DNA of 64,000 nt. Source: Sedimentisphaerales bacterium (lineage in GTDB: Bacteria; Planctomycetota; Phycisphaerae; Sedimentisphaerales; SM23-30). The DNA lies in contig CAXXMR010000012.1 of assembly GCA_963663805.2 (NCBI GenBank), positions 1 to 64,000 on the forward strand, in the 5' to 3' direction. Under the pieces are notes generated by a model, which was not told where the DNA came from, made no database searches, and worked only from the letters and a program-made list of their open reading frames with translations. The translations under genes and the position numbers were made by a program. Within the stretch, counting starts at the first letter, position 1. Each line of letters begins with the position of its first letter. Positions 60,715-64,000 of this stretch are shown piece by piece.

Positions 60715-62223
60715 ATGCTTGGTATCGACATTGGCGAAAATAGTATACGGGTGGTGAACCTGCGGCGGCGGGGCAGCAAAGTGAATATGCAGGAGCCGCT
60801 GCGTATAGATTTCAGCGAGGATGAAGGTCGTGACCCGGAGCTGCTGGGCGGGCGGCTTTATGAAGCATTGCTTGAGCGAAACTGGCAGCGTCAAAGAGCA
60901 GTAATGACTCTCTCGATGCGTTCAGGCAGTTTTGTGCGTCGCTTTGAACCGGGTGAGCTGACGGGGATGACGGGCAGTTACGGTTCGCGCAGCGGTCTGG
61001 AGATTATGCTGGCAGCGGCCCGCCGGTCATTGCTGGCTCCGGCGGACGAGCTGGTGTTTGATTTTTGGCCCAGCGATTCTGGTCATCATGGTAATATGCC
61101 CAAGGGGCCGGTCTTGTTGGGGGCGGCCCAGAAGTCGGCTTTGCAATATTGTCGCAAGCTGGCGGCGGCTTCGTCATTACGGCTTCATAATTTGGAATTG
61201 CGTCCTCTGGCGGCGATAAATGGTTTGCTGTTTCACTGGCGGGGAGCGGAGGAATCGAATATCGCGGTGGTTTCGGCTGAAGGCAACCGTGCTTCGGTGG
61301 GGATGTTCGATGAGGAAGGTTTAATTTCTCTTTATTCTGTCGCTGCTCAGGACGGCAAAAAAGAGGCTGACTCTGAGGTTACAGAACTGGGTCGGGCTTT
61401 AGTGCGTGTGTTTAACACCTTAAAACTGGGTGATGAGAAACTTATGCCGGAGCGGGTGTTTGTCGCGGCGGCGGAATCGGCAGATGAACTGGCGGAATTT
61501 ATTCAGCATCGTCTGGGGGTCTCAGTTACAGCGTGCCATTCGTGGGAAGCTACGGATTTGAAATGTACGAAGAGCGATGTTGCTGTGGCTGAATATGCCG
61601 GTGCTGTAGGTGCGGCTTTTGACGGCATGTCGGTTTCGCCGATATGGTTTAATTTTCTGCATCCGCGTAGTGAAAAGATTCCGAAGAAGAAACGTGTGAG
61701 CTGGAAGCCCTTTGGGGCGGCCTTGCTGTGTGCGTGTGTGGTCTGCATTGGTTTTTGGGGTACTCTGGTGCAGCAGCGTCGCAATCGTCTCCAGGAACTG
61801 GAGATGCAATTGGTTCAGGCGGCGCCGATGCAGCAGAAAATGCGTAAGGCCCGTGACGAATGGAAATTGCTTCTGCCTTATGTTTCGCGGGAAGCGGGCG
61901 GTCGGCGGGCGGAGTATCTGCGGGTGTTTTATGAGCTGAATCGGCTGCTGCCCAATACCGAGAATCTTTATCTTGAAGAATTGACCATTTCGACGACCAC
62001 CCGGGCCAAGACCGCGGGGGTTTCGGATATTGTAATCAAAGGGCGGGCTCGTCAGGTTGAGGCGATAACCACTTTCATCAAAGCCCTGAACAGTTCGAAT
62101 ATGTTTCAGGAAGCCGAGCAGGAAGGCAAGGTGACGATGCGGGAGACGCCGGACACGTATTATCCCGCGAGTTTTTCGGTCAAATGTAATTTGCGTAAAG
62201 AACCAGTGACGGTGCTGCCATGA
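60715..62223 (+). CDS. PilM/PilN (GspL-like) fusion protein
   Basis: MLGIDIGE actin-like start, FNFL motif before a TM helix, periplasmic C-terminal domain. Confidence 0.7.
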   Translation: MLGIDIGENSIRVVNLRRRGSKVNMQEPLRIDFSEDEGRDPELLGGRLYEALLERNWQRQRAVMTLSMRSGSFVRRFEPGELTGMTGSYGSRSGLEIMLAAARRSLLAPADELVFDFWPSDSGHHGNMPKGPVLLGAAQKSALQYCRKLAAASSLRLHNLELRPLAAINGLLFHWRGAEESNIAVVSAEGNRASVGMFDEEGLISLYSVAAQDGKKEADSEVTELGRALVRVFNTLKLGDEKLMPERVFVAAAESADELAEFIQHRLGVSVTACHSWEATDLKCTKSDVAVAEYAGAVGAAFDGMSVSPIWFNFLHPRSEKIPKKKRVSWKPFGAALLCACVVCIGFWGTLVQQRRNRLQELEMQLVQAAPMQQKMRKARDEWKLLLPYVSREAGGRRAEYLRVFYELNRLLPNTENLYLEELTISTTTRAKTAGVSDIVIKGRARQVEAITTFIKALNSSNMFQEAEQEGKVTMRETPDTYYPASFSVKCNLRKEPVTVLP

Positions 62224-62843
62224 AAAAACGTAAGCGTGACATAGCTATCTTTATTTTGATAATCGGGGTATTGGCTGGTTTGTTGGGGCATCAGGTCTAT
62301 TTATGGATGCGGCATCATCTGGATATGCTGGATGAGGAGATCGCCGCGCAGGAACAGTTGCTCGAAGCCGCCCAGACGGAGATGCAGGCGAATTCTATTT
62401 ATGCCAGTAAATGGGATGAGCTGAGTGGTTTTCTGGATGAACAGCCTGAGGAGCGTAAGACGAGCTTTACGGAATATCTTCAGGGATTGGCGGCGGAGCG
62501 TGAGTTTGTGTTTACCGATTTAGGGCCGGGCGATTCCCGTATTATCGAGGAGAACCCCAAGTTTCAGATTTTACAGTATGAGTTGTCGTATTCGGTGGAG
62601 CTGGCTAAGCTGGTTGATTTTGTGATGGGGCTGGATGTTTCCGGTGAACTGATGCGTATCGAACGGTTGAATATAAAGGCCAAGCCGGTGACGGCTTATT
62701 CGAATTGGCTGGACCGTAATATAGTGGGTGAGTCGCTGGATGTGCTGACGGTGAAAATGTCGGTGGCGACGGTGGCGTCTCAGCCGGAGATTACGACAGA
62801 TTCAGATTCGGATTTGCCGCTGCTGAACGGCACATTACGCTAA
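62220..62843 (+). CDS. PilO/GspM-like protein
   Basis: N-terminal TM, coiled coil, LVDFV...LMRIERLNI. Confidence 0.6.
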   Translation: MKKRKRDIAIFILIIGVLAGLLGHQVYLWMRHHLDMLDEEIAAQEQLLEAAQTEMQANSIYASKWDELSGFLDEQPEERKTSFTEYLQGLAAEREFVFTDLGPGDSRIIEENPKFQILQYELSYSVELAKLVDFVMGLDVSGELMRIERLNIKAKPVTAYSNWLDRNIVGESLDVLTVKMSVATVASQPEITTDSDSDLPLLNGTLR

Positions 62844-62859
62844 GTGTAAGGGTTTTTAT

Positions 62860-63591
62860 ATGTCGCGAAAAACAATAGTTCGGCGGGGACTGATATTCGC
62901 TGTGATTTTCGGAATGGGAATTGGTGTGTGTTCTTTATGGGGTCAGGATGAAAAACCTCCGGTTCCTGCCGCTCCGACGGAGTCTTTAGCAGCAGAACAT
63001 CCTAAACAGGAGATCTTGACCGCTGAGCAGATGCGTCAGGAGATTGTGAAGAAGAATATTTTTCTACCGGCCCGGATACCGGAATTTTCCAGCGTCAGCT
63101 CTACCAGTTATGATATTGTGAGTGATGAGCCGATTTTACGTCCGCTGGATCGTCCTTTTCGGGTGAGAGGTTTTCGACTGACGGATGAGCGTGCGGAGGC
63201 ATTTTTGCATTTTGCCGACCATAGCGAAGATCGGATTGTGGTCGCCGGCGACGAAATCGAGACTGTCAAGGTTTTGAAAGTTGAGCCTCCCTATTTGATT
63301 TGTGATTATTCCGGTCGGGAGGTTCGTATCGCTGGCGGTGAAGGCAGCCGGGACGCTTATCTGCGTTTGAAAGGTTTCGGCAGTGATTGCCATCTGATTG
63401 GCACGACGGTTCTGCCGGAAGGTTCATTTGCCCAGTTCTATTTTCCCGGCGAAGGTATCTATCGTCGGGTCGAGGAGGGCGATGTGCTGGGTAACGCGAC
63501 GGTAAAGAAAATCGAGTGGGGACAGGTAATTGTGGAATTGACTGATGGCACACTGGTACCGCTTAAAACAACTACTGCTACCAATCGTTAG
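62860..63591 (+). CDS. Hypothetical GspC/PilP-like protein
   Basis: N-terminal TM, KNIF motif, two repeated V..GD....V.KIE/VE beta domains. Confidence 0.55.
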   Translation: MSRKTIVRRGLIFAVIFGMGIGVCSLWGQDEKPPVPAAPTESLAAEHPKQEILTAEQMRQEIVKKNIFLPARIPEFSSVSSTSYDIVSDEPILRPLDRPFRVRGFRLTDERAEAFLHFADHSEDRIVVAGDEIETVKVLKVEPPYLICDYSGREVRIAGGEGSRDAYLRLKGFGSDCHLIGTTVLPEGSFAQFYFPGEGIYRRVEEGDVLGNATVKKIEWGQVIVELTDGTLVPLKTTTATNR

Positions 63592-64000
63592 CGGAATTAT
63601 TGTCATGGTGCTGGGTGTCGGTTGTGCCGCACCTGTCGCAAACAATAATATTGCCGCTTATGATAAGCCCGGTGTTCCAGTTGAGCCGCAGGTTACGCTG
63701 GTAAAATGGACACGCGACGATTTCTGTAAGCAGGATTGTCAAATTCCGGCATCTGGTGACGCGGTAGCTGAGATTTTCTTGAGCTATTTGTCACGCGGTC
63801 GAGATTTTCGTGAGCCCGAAGGACCGGATGGCTATGTATTACGTATGGTGTTGATGGATGAAAAATATAATTCGGTCGCGGTTGAGGGCGATTTGATAGT
63901 TGCCTTGTTCGCGGAGTTGGCAGAGGAAGAAAATCTGGCGGCGTTGAGGCCTTTACGCTATTGGCAATTGCCGAATCGTCTTTTTTCGCGGTATTGGCTC
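63545..64000 (+). CDS. Putative lipoprotein (runs off the window)
   Basis: Open frame MAHWYRLKQLLLPIVSGIIVMVLGVGC with a lipobox-like GVGC; no stop before 64000. Confidence 0.7.
   Translation, partial: MAHWYRLKQLLLPIVSGIIVMVLGVGCAAPVANNNIAAYDKPGVPVEPQVTLVKWTRDDFCKQDCQIPASGDAVAEIFLSYLSRGRDFREPEGPDGYVLRMVLMDEKYNSVAVEGDLIVALFAELAEEENLAALRPLRYWQLPNRLFSRYWL

Noticed and set aside
1..64000. tRNA, rRNA, prophage or defence genes
   Set aside because: None recognised by eye; a covariance-model scan was not possible

Overview
Bacterial chromosomal window, probably Planctomycetota (Phycisphaerae/Sedimentisphaerales-like; inferred from a LEPR-XLL-type signature, DPC repeats and dockerin-like motifs). 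From left to right it holds: a minus-strand flagellar operon (small ORF-flgFGAHIJNKL-fliW-csrA-fliC) behind a consensus sigma54 promoter, with many single-base frameshifts that look like long-read homopolymer errors; a 3x152-bp tandem array; rph, argBDF, thyX, rpiB and a Sua5-LMW phosphatase fusion; a large secreted metalloprotease-like protein; an ArsR/ArsP/thioredoxin/DGC/CcdA operon; two membrane proteins; complete IS66 and IS4 elements; cimA with an Ile-rich leader-peptide attenuator; glgP, ribE-pdxA-rsmA and zwf; two PocR-type histidine kinases around galM; a 1520-aa LRR surface protein; an archaeal-like ThyA homologue; and the start of a T2SS/T4P-like cluster. The most notable non-coding signals are a C-rich to G-rich strand-skew switch near 35 kb with genes diverging from it, several families of short palindromic intergenic repeats whose orientation flips across that switch, and dense GGA-hairpin (CsrA-type) sites in the fliW, csrA and fliC leaders.
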